The notes below the pieces were generated by a model. It was not told the origin of the DNA and did not search any database. It saw nothing but the letters and a program-made list of their open reading frames with translations. 64,000 nt of DNA from an uncultured Porphyromonadaceae bacterium (lineage in GTDB: Bacteria; Bacteroidota; Bacteroidia; Bacteroidales; Muribaculaceae): positions 50,585 through 114,584 of the forward strand of contig CANPGB010000006.1 in assembly GCA_947573485.1 (NCBI GenBank), given 5' to 3'. This document shows positions 35,520-45,971 of this stretch, piece after piece; the stretch's first letter is position 1; every line of letters begins with the position of its first letter. Made by a program: the position numbers and the translations under genes.

Positions 35520-36985
35520 AATTCTTTACGCAGGCGTGCTACGGGCACACCAAGCCGTTCGCGGTATTTTGCAATCGTACGCCGGGCAATGTCGTAACCC
35601 TGCTGTTCCATAAGGTCGCACAGCTCGCGGTCGCTCAGCGGGTTGTGTTTATCCTCGTTGTCGATAATCTTTTTCAGGGCATCGAGCAGCTTATGCGAGG
35701 ATATATCTGAGTCGGCATCGGGCCGCTCGTTGAAAAAGAGCTTGAGCGGGAAAATGCCGTGGCGTGTGCTCACATATTTCCCGGCGGTGGCACGTGAGAT
35801 AACAGGCAGATCAAGTCCGGTGAGGTCGGCCACATCGCGCAATATCATAGGCTTTATATCCGCGGTATCGCCCGATATGAAGAAGGCTTTCTGCAGCCGT
35901 GCTATAGCGGTGACAATGCTCAGGAGCGTGCTTCCACGCATCTTTACGAGGCGTATGAAAGAGGCAGCCTCGTCGTGTTTGCGCCGCAGGAAAGCGAGAG
36001 CTGCATTGCGCCTTTGCTGAGCCGAGGGAGAGGCCGTGTCGGGGGAGGCTACGCTTGCGTCGGCCGAGAACGATGCCTCTATCCCGAGCTCGGGAATATT
36101 GCCGAGCAGTGTCACCGTAAAGCTGTCGCTGTCAGGGTCATACTCAAGGGCTACGTCAGGACTGACGTGGCGCGAGTGGTCGGCGTTGCGCCCGAGGTCG
36201 AGAGCCGATGCAGGCTTGGGGTTCAGCGTGCGTATAAGTTCAAGAGCTGCCGAAAGCTGCTCGTTATCGATGCCGAGAGAGGCGCGCAGACGGTCGAAAT
36301 GCCGTTTGGAGAACATCTCGAACCGCTCGTCGATTATCTCGCGCGCAAGGTCGCGCACAGGCGAGGAGGGCAGCCTGTCGAGCTGCAGAAGAAGGCAGTC
36401 GCGCAAGTCAACAGCGCCGATTCCGGCAGGATCCATGCTTCGGATAGCCTCGAATACGCGCCGCACATCGGCTGCCGCAGGATAAAAATCCTCGGTAAGC
36501 GCGATATCGTCGGATACAGCAGGAAGAGAGCGTGTCATATAGCCGTTATTATCGAGGTTGCCGATAATATTGCGGGCTATCTTCTCATCGCTCTCCGAGA
36601 GGTCGGTTTCGGCTCGCAGAGAGTCCATAAGGCTGTCGATGAGCGATATATTCTCTTCAGCAGCGAGCGAGGGCGCGTCTATGGCAGCGCTTGCGCCACC
36701 GCTGCGGCGCCTCATGGCGTCGGGCACATCGTCGATGTCGGCATAGTCGGCAAGTTGCAGTTGTGCGGCACTCTCGTCGAAATCACCATCGTCGGCGTAC
36801 TCGCCTTCCACGGGGCTGTCGAGTCTTTCAAGGGCCGGATTCTCATCGAGCTCACGCTGTACGGCATCTTCGAGCTCGTGCACGTTCATCTCCAGCATGC
36901 GCCCGAGGAGCACATTCTGGGGGTTGAGCCTAAGCTGCAGCTTCTGCTCCTGTGAGAGTCTCAGACTTTCGTTAGCCGTAGCCAA
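35516..36985 (-). CDS. rpoN: RNA polymerase sigma-54 factor
   Basis: N-terminal Gln/Leu-rich region I, acidic region II, C-terminal HTH and RpoN box ARRTIAKYRE. 489 aa. Confidence 0.9.
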   Translation of the reverse strand: MATANESLRLSQEQKLQLRLNPQNVLLGRMLEMNVHELEDAVQRELDENPALERLDSPVEGEYADDGDFDESAAQLQLADYADIDDVPDAMRRRSGGASAAIDAPSLAAEENISLIDSLMDSLRAETDLSESDEKIARNIIGNLDNNGYMTRSLPAVSDDIALTEDFYPAAADVRRVFEAIRSMDPAGIGAVDLRDCLLLQLDRLPSSPVRDLAREIIDERFEMFSKRHFDRLRASLGIDNEQLSAALELIRTLNPKPASALDLGRNADHSRHVSPDVALEYDPDSDSFTVTLLGNIPELGIEASFSADASVASPDTASPSAQQRRNAALAFLRRKHDEAASFIRLVKMRGSTLLSIVTAIARLQKAFFISGDTADIKPMILRDVADLTGLDLPVISRATAGKYVSTRHGIFPLKLFFNERPDADSDISSHKLLDALKKIIDNEDKHNPLSDRELCDLMEQQGYDIARRTIAKYRERLGVPVARLRKEL

Positions 36986-36992
36986 GCGTCAC

Positions 36993-38069
36993 TCAGAATT
37001 TACGTATACCCATAATATGGCGCATCTCCGAGAGGGTCTTCGATGCACGTTCGCGTGCGCGCTCGGCACCACGGCGCACTACCGAAGCAAGGTAATCTTC
37101 GTCGGCAAGGATGTCGGCCACGCGCTCACGTATAGGAGTTGTGATAGCGAGAATATCTTCGGCAAGCTGTTTCTTGAGGTCGCCGTAGCGGATAGAGCAG
37201 TCGGCATAGGCTTCGCGGAATGAGGTCACAATCTCGGGCTTGGAGGTAAGCTCGAGAAGCGAGAACAGATTGGCGATAGGCTCGCTCATGGGCGAGTTGG
37301 GAGCCTGGGGGCCTTCGTCGGTAACGGCGCGCATCACCTTCTTGCGAAGAACCTTGGGCTCGTCGACGAGGTAGATGCAGTTGCCCTCGCTCTTGCCCAT
37401 TTTGCCTGAGCCGTCGAGCCCGGGAACTTTCACGGGAGCGCCGCCGAACTCAAAGTCGGTAGGCTCGGGGAAGAAGTCAACCCCGTAGAACGAGTTGAAC
37501 CGACGGGCAAAACGGCGTGTGAGCTCGAGGTGCTGCAGTTGGTCTTTACCCACGGGCACCTTGCTGGCTTTCTGAATAAGGATGTCGACGGCCATGAGCG
37601 TAGGGTAGGTTAGAAGGCCTGCATTGACGCGCTTGTTCGTGGTGGCGCCTATGATTTCTTTCTCGAAAGCTTCATCAGACTCTCCTTCGGGGGGAGCCCC
37701 TATGCCGAGAGCCTTGCGTGCCTTATCTTTGAAAGATGTGGTACGCATAAGCTCACCTATACCCACGTGCATGTTGAGCAGAAGATACATCTCCGAGATT
37801 TCAGGTACATCGCTCTGAATGAAAATCGTGGATTTTTCGGGGTCGAGACCCGCGGCGAGATACTCAGCAAGTATGCTCTTGGTGTTGGCATGGAGCTGGT
37901 CGGGGTCGGGGTTCGTGGTGAGGGCATGAAGGTCGGCGATAAAGAAGTTGCAGTCGTAGTCGTCTTGTATCGACACGAATTTGCGGAGGGCGCCGAAGTA
38001 GTTGCCCAGGTGGAGGTTGCCGGTGGAGCGGATGCCGCTCACCACTATTTCTTTATTTGGAGTGCTCAT
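36993..38069 (-). CDS. trpS: tryptophan--tRNA ligase
   Basis: Class I motifs TGNLHLGNY (HIGH-like) and KMGKS (KMSKS). Start set at MSTPNKEIVVSG, 31 nt downstream of a consensus promoter. Confidence 0.9.
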   Translation of the reverse strand: MSTPNKEIVVSGIRSTGNLHLGNYFGALRKFVSIQDDYDCNFFIADLHALTTNPDPDQLHANTKSILAEYLAAGLDPEKSTIFIQSDVPEISEMYLLLNMHVGIGELMRTTSFKDKARKALGIGAPPEGESDEAFEKEIIGATTNKRVNAGLLTYPTLMAVDILIQKASKVPVGKDQLQHLELTRRFARRFNSFYGVDFFPEPTDFEFGGAPVKVPGLDGSGKMGKSEGNCIYLVDEPKVLRKKVMRAVTDEGPQAPNSPMSEPIANLFSLLELTSKPEIVTSFREAYADCSIRYGDLKKQLAEDILAITTPIRERVADILADEDYLASVVRRGAERARERASKTLSEMRHIMGIRKF

Positions 38070-38097
38070 TATAATCTTTTCGTATAAGTTTTCGTCC

Positions 38098-38111
38098 TGC
38101 AAAATTACTAA
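38098..38111 (-). promoter_or_regulatory. consensus promoter 14-mer (TTAGTAATTTTGCA on minus strand) for trpS
   Basis: Contains TAATTTTG 31 nt upstream of the ATG at 38069. Exact copy of the ftsY and TBDR promoter 14-mers. Confidence 0.6.
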
Positions 38112-38118
38112 AAATTGC

Positions 38119-40125
38119 TCATCCGCCAATCATTTTGAGGAACTCGTCCTCTCCGATGACAGGCACGCCGAGTTTCTCGGCTTTCTCAAGCTTGGCCGGG
38201 CCCATGTTCTCGCCTGCGAGAACAAAGTCGGTCTTCTTGGAAATCGACCCGGAGTTCTTGCCTCCGTGCCGCTCTATGAGCTGTTTATACTCGTCGCGAC
38301 TGTGGTGCGTGAACACACCGCTGATTACTATCGTCTTCCCGGCGAGAGAGTCGGAGAGAGGCTCGGCGTCCTCAGCTTCTTCAACTGCCATTTTCACACC
38401 GGCAGTGCGAAGTCGCTCAACCATGGCTCGGTTCTCGGGGTCAGCGAAGAAAGCCACGGTTGTGGCGGCGATGCGCGGCCCGACATCCTCGACAGCCTCC
38501 AGCTCGGGTGCTGTCATAGCCATGAGTCGGTCGATATCCTTTGCGGCACGTGCAATCTTGCGCGCTGTTGTCTCGCCTACATAAGGTATCGAGAGGGCGA
38601 ATACCACGCGCTCGAAAGGCACCTCGCGGCTGGCGGCGATACCGTCGATGACCCTTGCCGCGCTCTTGGCGGCGAAGCCTTCGATAGTCATGAGGTCGGC
38701 GGCGGTGAGGCTGTAGAGGTCGGCCACATTGCGCACGAGGCCGTTGGCGAAGAGTGCGGCTGCCGTTTCCTCGCCTATACCGTCGATATTCATCATCTTG
38801 CGCCCTACGAAATGCTCGACGCGCCCTACAATCTGCGGCACACAGCCCTCTTTATTGGGGCATACCCACGCAGCTTCGCCTTCAACGCGCACGAGAGGGG
38901 TTCCGCAGGCCGGGCAGTGGGTTACAAACTCCACAGGTCGTGCACCGGCCGGGCGGTCGGGGAGCTCCACACCTGTAATCTTGGGTATAATCTCGCCGCC
39001 TTTTTCAACGTAGAGCATATCGCCCTCGTGGATGTCGAGGGCTTTCATTATATCTGCGTTATGCAGCGAGGCACGTTTGACTATCGTGCCCGAGAGCAAC
39101 ACAGGCTCGAGGTTGGCAACAGGTGTGATGATACCCATGCGGCCGACGTCGAACGACACGAAGCGCAAGCGTGTGGCAGCTCTCTCGGCGGCAAATTTAT
39201 ATGCCACGGCCCAACGGGGCGATTTGGCGGTAAGACCGAGATTGCGCTGCTGCAGTAGGGAATTAACCTTGAATACAAGGCCGTCGGTAGCGACAGGCAG
39301 TTCGCGGCGGGCGGTATCCCAATGGTTTATAAAGCGGTCGACCTCCTCGATACTGTGCAGCAGCGTCATGGCATCGCTTACCTTGAAGCCCCATGAACGA
39401 GCCGCCAGCATATTATCGTAATGATTGTCGTAGGGGAGATTTTCGCCGAGGAGGTAGTATAGATATGCGTCGAGACCGCGACGGGCAACCTCGGCGGAGT
39501 TCTGCATCTTGAGCGTGCCGGCGGCAGCGTTGCGCGGGTTGGCGAAAAGAGGTTCTCCGGCAGCCTCGCGCTCGGCGTTGAGGCGGTCGAAAGCGGCGCG
39601 TGGCAGCACTATCTCGCCACGTATTTCAAAGAAATCGGGCCAACCGCTGCCCTGGAGTTGCAGAGGTATGCTGCGTATGGTGCGCACGTTATCTGTTACG
39701 ATGTCGCCACGCTCACCGTCGCCTCGGGTGACGGCACGCACCAGCTTACCGTGCTCGTAGATGAGCGATATGCCGGTACCGTCGAATTTCAATTCGCCCA
39801 CAAACACCGCTTTCTGCCCCGAAAGACCTTGGTCGACACGTCTTGCCCACGCATCAACATCCTCAATGGAATAGGTATTGGCCAACGAGAGCATGGGGTA
39901 GATATGTTTCACCTGCTCAAAGCCCTGCGTGAGGTCGGAGCCTACGCGACGTGTGGGCGAATTGGGGTCGGCGAGCTCGGGGTGTTCTTTTTCGAGAGCT
40001 TCAAGTTCTTTGAGCATCATGTCGAAGTCGCGGTCCGAAATTTCGGGCGCGTTCAGCACATAATAATTATGATTGTGGCGGTGCAGCTCGCTCCGCAGTT
40101 CTTCTATTCTTTCCTTGTAGTCCAT
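38119..40125 (-). CDS. ligA: NAD-dependent DNA ligase
   Basis: Adenylation motif KFDG ([11 protein letters not shown]), zinc finger CPACGTPL...CPN, HhH and C-terminal BRCT ([10 protein letters not shown]). Start set at [11 protein letters not shown] (40125). Confidence 0.9.
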   Translation of the reverse strand: MDYKERIEELRSELHRHNHNYYVLNAPEISDRDFDMMLKELEALEKEHPELADPNSPTRRVGSDLTQGFEQVKHIYPMLSLANTYSIEDVDAWARRVDQGLSGQKAVFVGELKFDGTGISLIYEHGKLVRAVTRGDGERGDIVTDNVRTIRSIPLQLQGSGWPDFFEIRGEIVLPRAAFDRLNAEREAAGEPLFANPRNAAAGTLKMQNSAEVARRGLDAYLYYLLGENLPYDNHYDNMLAARSWGFKVSDAMTLLHSIEEVDRFINHWDTARRELPVATDGLVFKVNSLLQQRNLGLTAKSPRWAVAYKFAAERAATRLRFVSFDVGRMGIITPVANLEPVLLSGTIVKRASLHNADIMKALDIHEGDMLYVEKGGEIIPKITGVELPDRPAGARPVEFVTHCPACGTPLVRVEGEAAWVCPNKEGCVPQIVGRVEHFVGRKMMNIDGIGEETAAALFANGLVRNVADLYSLTAADLMTIEGFAAKSAARVIDGIAASREVPFERVVFALSIPYVGETTARKIARAAKDIDRLMAMTAPELEAVEDVGPRIAATTVAFFADPENRAMVERLRTAGVKMAVEEAEDAEPLSDSLAGKTIVISGVFTHHSRDEYKQLIERHGGKNSGSISKKTDFVLAGENMGPAKLEKAEKLGVPVIGEDEFLKMIGG

Positions 40126-40706
40126 TACAAACCTTTCACTTTGCCGGGATTCTTTGCTATATAATCTTTCCATGACGACGCGCCCTTGGCCACTACCGGC
40201 CTCGACGACTCATAGAAGTGGCACAGCGCCGCCGCCAATGCATCGGTGGCATCGAGCTTGGGCAGGAGGCTCTCGGCGGGAATATCGAGTATGCGTCTCA
40301 ACATCTCGCATACCTGCTCTTTCGAGGCCGCTCCCGTGCCTGTTATCGCCATTTTTATCTTTCGGGGCTCATACTCCGTTATAGGCACCTGGCGCGAGAG
40401 TGCAGCTGCCATGGCCACACCCTGGGCGCGCCCGAGCTTGAGCATCGACTGAACGTTCTTGCCGAAGAACGGCGCCTCGATAGCCATTTCGTCGGGGCAA
40501 TATTGCTCCACGAGCATGCTCACCCGCTCATAGATGCGCCCGAGCCTCATGTAATGGTCACCGATTTTGGTAAGTTCTATGAGTCCCATGGCTATCATGG
40601 CAGGTTTCTTGCCATAGATGCCGAGGATGCCATAGCCCATGATGTTTGTGCCAGGGTCTATACCTATTATAATACGGTCGGCCTTCTTGACTTTTTCTTC
40701 AATCAT
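40125..40706 (-). CDS. ruvC: crossover junction endodeoxyribonuclease
   Basis: [21 protein letters not shown], ...[10 protein letters not shown]...[12 protein letters not shown]. 193 aa. Stop overlaps the ligA ATG by 1 nt. Confidence 0.9.
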   Translation of the reverse strand: MIEEKVKKADRIIIGIDPGTNIMGYGILGIYGKKPAMIAMGLIELTKIGDHYMRLGRIYERVSMLVEQYCPDEMAIEAPFFGKNVQSMLKLGRAQGVAMAAALSRQVPITEYEPRKIKMAITGTGAASKEQVCEMLRRILDIPAESLLPKLDATDALAAALCHFYESSRPVVAKGASSWKDYIAKNPGKVKGL

Positions 40707-41035
40707 CTCGAGGGGTCGTGAACGATGTCGAGCACCGATTCAAACAATGCGATTTTATTACCAAGGAGAGCGCCCGCCTCATTGTAGAGCCGGGGCAGGA
40801 TATCCGAGGTAAAACTGTCGAGGAGTTCCTGCGACGAAGCCCTCATCTGCAGGGCGAAGGTGCGCGTGGGCTCGCCGCTCAGCGCGTTGGTGTCGGCGGC
40901 GCCGCGAACCTCGGTGAGCAGGGGCGCACGCATACCGGCCTCGATAGCCGCGGGTATATAGCGGTCGCATATAAAGTTCATGAACGTCTCTGCGGCAGAG
41001 GCGTCGATGCAGTATGTGGTGTTGAAGAGTATCAT
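40703..41035 (-). CDS. DUF4286-like small protein
   Basis: 110 aa starting [34 protein letters not shown], the family pattern as I recall it. Only the last 110 codons of the 208-aa track ORF are used. ATGA overlaps at both ends. Confidence 0.6.
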   Translation of the reverse strand: MILFNTTYCIDASAAETFMNFICDRYIPAAIEAGMRAPLLTEVRGAADTNALSGEPTRTFALQMRASSQELLDSFTSDILPRLYNEAGALLGNKIALFESVLDIVHDPSR

Positions 41036-41790
41036 TTCGCAGTCTTTTGTCTCTTTCTCCAACGCCTTGCAAAAGATATATGTTTGAAGAGGGTGGGGAA
41101 GAAACCGTAATAATATGACATTATTCTGAAACGCTCGAAAAGCGAAGCGCGGTGGTTGGCTGTGGTCACACCTTCGTTGAGGTAGTCGATGAGCACCGTG
41201 TCGGTGAGGCCGACGTTCTTGCGCGAATGTTGCAGGCAACGTATGCACCACTCGTAGTCGGCAGAGAAACGGTAGCGTAAATTGTAGAAGCCTGTGATTT
41301 TGCGGAGTGCAACAAAAGCCTGGTGGCACACCACCATACCGTCGGCGAAGTCGGCTAACTTCAGTCCCTCGGGGGCAGTGAGGTGACGCGGACCGAGGCG
41401 GCGGCCGCTGTCGTCAACGATGTCGGTCTGACCGTAGACAATCCCGGGCGTATTTTCGCGCTCAATGGCCTCGGCTATGCGGGCGAGGGTATCGGCGCTG
41501 TGGAACTTATCGCCTGCATTTAGAAAGATAAGGTAGCGCCCTGTGGCCATGCTGATGCCCTTGTTCATGGCATCGTAAATACCTTTGTCGCGCTCTGAGC
41601 GCACGCTCCGCTTTGCCGACGGGTGTGCGTCGAGGAGCTTGGGAGTGTCATCGGAAGAGGCGCCGTCGATTATGAGATGCTCGTAATCGGTGAAGGTCTG
41701 ACTGTCGACACTCGCCAGGGTGCGCCCGAGGGTAGCCTCGGCATTGTAGCACACGGTTATTATAGAGAAAAGCGGCTCTTTATCAGGCAT
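41032..41790 (-). CDS. family 2 glycosyltransferase
   Basis: FSIITVCYNAEATLGRTLASVDSQTFTDYEHLIIDGASSDDT and FLNAGD (DxD-like). 252 aa. Confidence 0.8.
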   Translation of the reverse strand: MPDKEPLFSIITVCYNAEATLGRTLASVDSQTFTDYEHLIIDGASSDDTPKLLDAHPSAKRSVRSERDKGIYDAMNKGISMATGRYLIFLNAGDKFHSADTLARIAEAIERENTPGIVYGQTDIVDDSGRRLGPRHLTAPEGLKLADFADGMVVCHQAFVALRKITGFYNLRYRFSADYEWCIRCLQHSRKNVGLTDTVLIDYLNEGVTTANHRASLFERFRIMSYYYGFFPTLFKHISFARRWRKRQKTAK

Positions 41791-44700
41791 TGTGGCAATC
41801 GTTCACGAGGTTGGCAATCTTGGCAGGCATCGAAGCTGCATCTTCTTTCACACGGAGGGTGGCACCGAAGCGCTTTGAGGGCAGCTTGTCGGCCAGGCAG
41901 TCGGCAAAGCGGTCGAGCACTTCGCTGTCGGCAATCTCGAAGCCTACGGTGTGGTGTATGGGAGCCTCGTGCAGACGCTTGGGCTCACTTTGCAAGTGTG
42001 CGGCCTCTATGGCTGCAATCTTGTTGGCACGCTTCCAGAGAGTGCCGCCGCTGTCGGCGCCTATGCATACCAGGCCGTCGTCCTTGCGGGCTATAGAGGC
42101 AAACATGAGCTTATACTTGGTGTTGTATTCGAGAGCGATGTTGTCGCCCTTGGCATAAATCTCGTTCAGAGGCACACGCATAGCCCTTTCGTTATCGTAG
42201 GCAAGCACAAGCCAGCCATCGTTAAGGTCGTGCGGAATCACCAGGGCCAGACGGCAGTCGCCTTCGCCGGGTTCATTGTAGAGGTCAACCGTTGAAAACA
42301 CGAGTTTATCCTCGCCCATGAAGTAGAGGTAGCCATAGGGGTCGGCAAACCCAGTCTCATAGCTGTGGCATACATTGGGGCGCCACTGTGAGGTGGCAAT
42401 TATGTCGGCCTCGGGTTCTGCCTCCTGATGTTCTGGTTTCTCGGGCTCGGCAACTGCAGGAGTGCTCGCAGGTTGAGGCTCGCGGACATCTTCAAGCGCC
42501 ATATCGTCGGCCTCACGGGTCTGGGCGGCTATGGCCAGAAGGTGAGTGCGCTCGGCTTTCAGCTCTTGGCGCTCGCGCACAAAGTCGTCGACAGCCTGCC
42601 CGTGGTACTCGCGTGTCGACTGCCCGCTCTGGCGCACAAAAAGGCGACCTTCGATGAATACCGGGTCAAGCGATTCATCTACATTTATGAGCACAACACC
42701 CTTTTCGGCCTCATCGTCAACCGAAACTGCAATCTTGCGGCCCACACTCGCACCGAAAGTCTCGTTGATGAGATTCTCGAGGAATACGCAAAGGTTGTCG
42801 AGGTTGCGTATGCGGAAGGTGTAACGCCCGGCCATGGCAGGCTTGCGTTCGAAGTAGCGGAAATCGTCGCGCATGCCCACCTCGTAGCCGTCGTTGTTGA
42901 CGCCGAGATAGAGGCGGCCGCCTCCTGCATTGAGCAGACCTGCTATGCGGCTGAGGATATGGAACTGCTGTGCCTCGGGATCCTCGCGCATTTCCTCGCC
43001 CGGAGCCGTGGCGGGGTACACGATAGAGGTCTTGAACTCGAGGTATTTCGATTCTGAGCCGTAGTATTTGCCACGGCGTGTCTCGTTGTTCACGTTGAGC
43101 TTGTGCATTATCTGCTGCTTGATTTCGTTGGTGAAATCGGCAGCGTCGCTGTCGGTGTTGTGGAGCATGTTGTAGCTCAGCACGAGGCGGGCTATGCTGC
43201 CTTCAAGCTCGTTTGCGGGCTCGTTGACAGTGCGGTAGAGTTCGGGGATGCGGTCGGGACGGTCGAGCCACGACACCATTTCGAGCCTATGGTATATGAG
43301 CCGCAGCAGGGGGTCGGCGAGTGCCTCGCTCTGCAGAGCCTCGAGTTTCTCCGGGTCGATGCGTGAGTTGGTGGCGTAGTACTGGTGCAACGAGAGCAGC
43401 GATGCGTGCGTGCCGAGAGTGCCTGCGAGCTGTTCGTCGCCGAGAACACGGGCAAGAATACGGGCGAAACGCAGATAGTCGTAAGCCTTGATGAGGTCGG
43501 TCTCGGCAATGGCCTTGAAGCGGATAATATCGATTATCTCGCGGACATCGCCCGGGGTGAGAATTTCGTCGATGTCACGCATAAGCTCCTCTTCCTGAAT
43601 CAGGCGTGTATCGGTAGCCTCCGACGAGCCTTCTCCTATAGCACGCATGAGGGTTGTGAAAGCCTCGCCTTTGTCGAAGCGGTCGGCAGGGTCAGTGGAG
43701 ACGGCGGTGGCATAGGCCCTTATCTGACCCTGCTTGCCCGTCTGCTCAAGGCGGTATGTTACGATGTCGCCTACTTTGAGGTCGGCGCCCACCTCTTCGT
43801 CACGGATAATGAAGAGTCCTATGCCGTTGCGGCCAATGGCGCTGTAGTCACGTTCGTTGACGCCTGCAATAATGGCAGTGTAGGTATCCCCGAAGTTGAA
43901 GCTGTCGGCGATATACTCATCTACGCGGTTGCGCAGAGAGAATATATAGGAGCCGTCGGCGCGGATGTCAAGAACCGTGGCAAGGAATCCGAGCTGGGTG
44001 CCGTCGGAGTTGAGGTAGGCCCGGTCGGAGGGCTGTTTGAGGTTGTAACCTACAATCTGGTCGCGCTTGAGGATACCCGTCCCGGTCTCGAACTCAACAT
44101 CTTCAATATGGCAGATGAACGTGGGATTGTTACCGAAGAAATCGTCGACACTGTCGATAACGATATACACCTCATCGCCTTTTTCGGGGCGACGTATAGG
44201 CTGAGGTGTTTCAGAGACTGCCGCCTGTGCCGCGGGCTTGGCGGCCTCGAAAAGATTCTCTTCAATATCGTGCCACCACTGGCTGTGGTCGGAGAGCTTG
44301 CGCAGACGCGGGCCTGAGAGTCCTCTCACACCGTTTATCATAATCTGCGGGGAGAGCCATGGCATGAGCCCTTCAGGCACAACACGTTCGGTTACATCGC
44401 GCTTGCGGGTGTTTGTCAGACGTATGCCTTCGGCCGACACCGTTATATCCACATCGTTATTGGTGTAGCGGTGGCTCGATTTGAGCTTTGTCATATAGTC
44501 GCCCGCAGGCAGCACAGTAGCCTGGGTCATCATCATCATAGGCTCGCGCAGCTGGGCGTAACTGAGTTTCGAGCTTACGTCGGCCCCGAGCAATGCAAGG
44601 AATGATTTTGCCAGCAGAGCCTCAGTGTTGAGGGGGCGAAGAATTGATATATACTTATAGAACAGCGACTCTGTCTGGTGGCGGTCTCCGTTGTCAACAC

Positions 44701-45904
44701 CGTTGTTTTCGGCAAGGAGCAACTGCAGGGCTATGGCCGTAATGATAGCCTCAAGGCGCGATTTCTGCTCACGGCTCTCGGCCAGAGGCAGGGCATCAAT
44801 CTCGCGCCGGGCTTGACTCACGTAAATCTGGAACTGCTCAACGAAAGCGCTGCGGAAAGGCTCGCGTTTCCAGTTCTCAAGGTCACGCCCGAAGATACTC
44901 TCGAAGATGCGGTTGAGGTAGTTGCCCACTTTGTCGGGGTAGAGGCGGAAGATAATCATCAGCACGGCAAATTGCTCGGCGGGATGATAGAGGTAGCCCG
45001 ACTTCTGCAGTTTGTCGAGAAGGCTCTCCACGAAAGCATCCTGGCGGCTGTCGGATATCAGTTTGAGTGTCTGCAGATAAGGTTCGAGACTCTCCACCAT
45101 GGCCGTGAGTTGCTGGCGCAGGGCACGGCGGTGCTCGGCAGGCACGGCGTTGAGGAAGCCTGAGCCTTCGAGGAGGTAGAGCAGGGCGTCGCCGAAGGTT
45201 ACGATGAGGCTGCGCAACGCACGGCGCCTGCGGGTGTTGCGGGTACGCCCGAACCACTCGGGGAGGTTGCGCATCACCTCGCGGTGCAGGGTCATAATCC
45301 ACAGCGGACTCTTCATGCGCAGCTCGGTGCGCACCGCTTCCATTTCGCTCCAGCCGGTTAGCATACGTCTAACAAAAGCGCGTATCGCCCCCGGGGCTGA
45401 AATAGCCTCAAGGATGAAAGCAGGCTCATAAAACGGAATCTTGGCGCCTTCGTCGACGCGCGCCAACTGAAAGAAGCGCGGTGTCATGCGCGTGAATTTA
45501 CAGCGGATAATCTGACCTTTGGAGAGAAGCCCTTCGGGCTCGTTGAGACGGAAAAAAATGCCGTTGCCGTCGCGTACCATAAACGGGTCTTCGGCCGGTT
45601 TGGCAGGAACGCTCACCACCTCACATTCAAAGGTGTCTCCCCGCTCGAAAACTTTGGAATAAAGCTCGCTCACATATGGCGCTATCATATGGGTGAGCAC
45701 CGGCATCCCGTATTCATCAATACTTTTGACGCGACACAGCAGTTCGGCAGGCGCTATATAATTATCCCTTTTCTGAAAAGGAAGTTTGGGCAGCTCTACA
45801 AAACTCTTGCCCTCATCGGTATCAATCTCAAGTTTGAAACAATCGTCGGTCGCCGCTCCCGGCAGAACGGGAAACAGATAACTCTCGTCAATGATGTACT
45901 CCAT
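41783..45904 (-). CDS. 1373-aa multidomain protein with central AlbA_2/Schlafen-like nucleic-acid-binding domain and OB/S1-like modules
   Basis: The segment GSESKYLEFKTSIVYP...ILSRIAGLLNAGGGRLYLGVNNDGYEVG matches the AlbA_2 (divergent AAA_4) signature. No Walker A (GxxxxGK[ST]) anywhere. Repeated GD-x-[VFY] beta modules are present. Stop overlaps the GT2 start by 8 nt. Confidence 0.7.
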   Translation of the reverse strand: MEYIIDESYLFPVLPGAATDDCFKLEIDTDEGKSFVELPKLPFQKRDNYIAPAELLCRVKSIDEYGMPVLTHMIAPYVSELYSKVFERGDTFECEVVSVPAKPAEDPFMVRDGNGIFFRLNEPEGLLSKGQIIRCKFTRMTPRFFQLARVDEGAKIPFYEPAFILEAISAPGAIRAFVRRMLTGWSEMEAVRTELRMKSPLWIMTLHREVMRNLPEWFGRTRNTRRRRALRSLIVTFGDALLYLLEGSGFLNAVPAEHRRALRQQLTAMVESLEPYLQTLKLISDSRQDAFVESLLDKLQKSGYLYHPAEQFAVLMIIFRLYPDKVGNYLNRIFESIFGRDLENWKREPFRSAFVEQFQIYVSQARREIDALPLAESREQKSRLEAIITAIALQLLLAENNGVDNGDRHQTESLFYKYISILRPLNTEALLAKSFLALLGADVSSKLSYAQLREPMMMMTQATVLPAGDYMTKLKSSHRYTNNDVDITVSAEGIRLTNTRKRDVTERVVPEGLMPWLSPQIMINGVRGLSGPRLRKLSDHSQWWHDIEENLFEAAKPAAQAAVSETPQPIRRPEKGDEVYIVIDSVDDFFGNNPTFICHIEDVEFETGTGILKRDQIVGYNLKQPSDRAYLNSDGTQLGFLATVLDIRADGSYIFSLRNRVDEYIADSFNFGDTYTAIIAGVNERDYSAIGRNGIGLFIIRDEEVGADLKVGDIVTYRLEQTGKQGQIRAYATAVSTDPADRFDKGEAFTTLMRAIGEGSSEATDTRLIQEEELMRDIDEILTPGDVREIIDIIRFKAIAETDLIKAYDYLRFARILARVLGDEQLAGTLGTHASLLSLHQYYATNSRIDPEKLEALQSEALADPLLRLIYHRLEMVSWLDRPDRIPELYRTVNEPANELEGSIARLVLSYNMLHNTDSDAADFTNEIKQQIMHKLNVNNETRRGKYYGSESKYLEFKTSIVYPATAPGEEMREDPEAQQFHILSRIAGLLNAGGGRLYLGVNNDGYEVGMRDDFRYFERKPAMAGRYTFRIRNLDNLCVFLENLINETFGASVGRKIAVSVDDEAEKGVVLINVDESLDPVFIEGRLFVRQSGQSTREYHGQAVDDFVRERQELKAERTHLLAIAAQTREADDMALEDVREPQPASTPAVAEPEKPEHQEAEPEADIIATSQWRPNVCHSYETGFADPYGYLYFMGEDKLVFSTVDLYNEPGEGDCRLALVIPHDLNDGWLVLAYDNERAMRVPLNEIYAKGDNIALEYNTKYKLMFASIARKDDGLVCIGADSGGTLWKRANKIAAIEAAHLQSEPKRLHEAPIHHTVGFEIADSEVLDRFADCLADKLPSKRFGATLRVKEDAASMPAKIANLVNDCHNA

Positions 45905-45930
45905 AAATAATTAGTTGAAGTTCGACATAA

Positions 45931-45960
45931 GCCGGCACGACAAAAGTGGCGCATGCCGGC
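45931..45960 (-). other. hairpin in the 5' leader of the 1373-aa gene
   Basis: 7-bp stem GCCGGCA / TGCCGGC. Located between the -7 box (45972-45979) and the ATG at 45904. No T-run follows on the minus strand. Confidence 0.35.
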
Positions 45961-45971
45961 GAAAACATGCA

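Noticed and set aside
40703-41329. 208-aa ORF overlapping the 3' end of the GT2 gene.
   Set aside because: Only the last 110 codons (from MILFNTTY at 41035) look like a real DUF4286-like protein. The upstream 98 codons are Arg/Pro/His-rich and overlap the glycosyltransferase coding frame.
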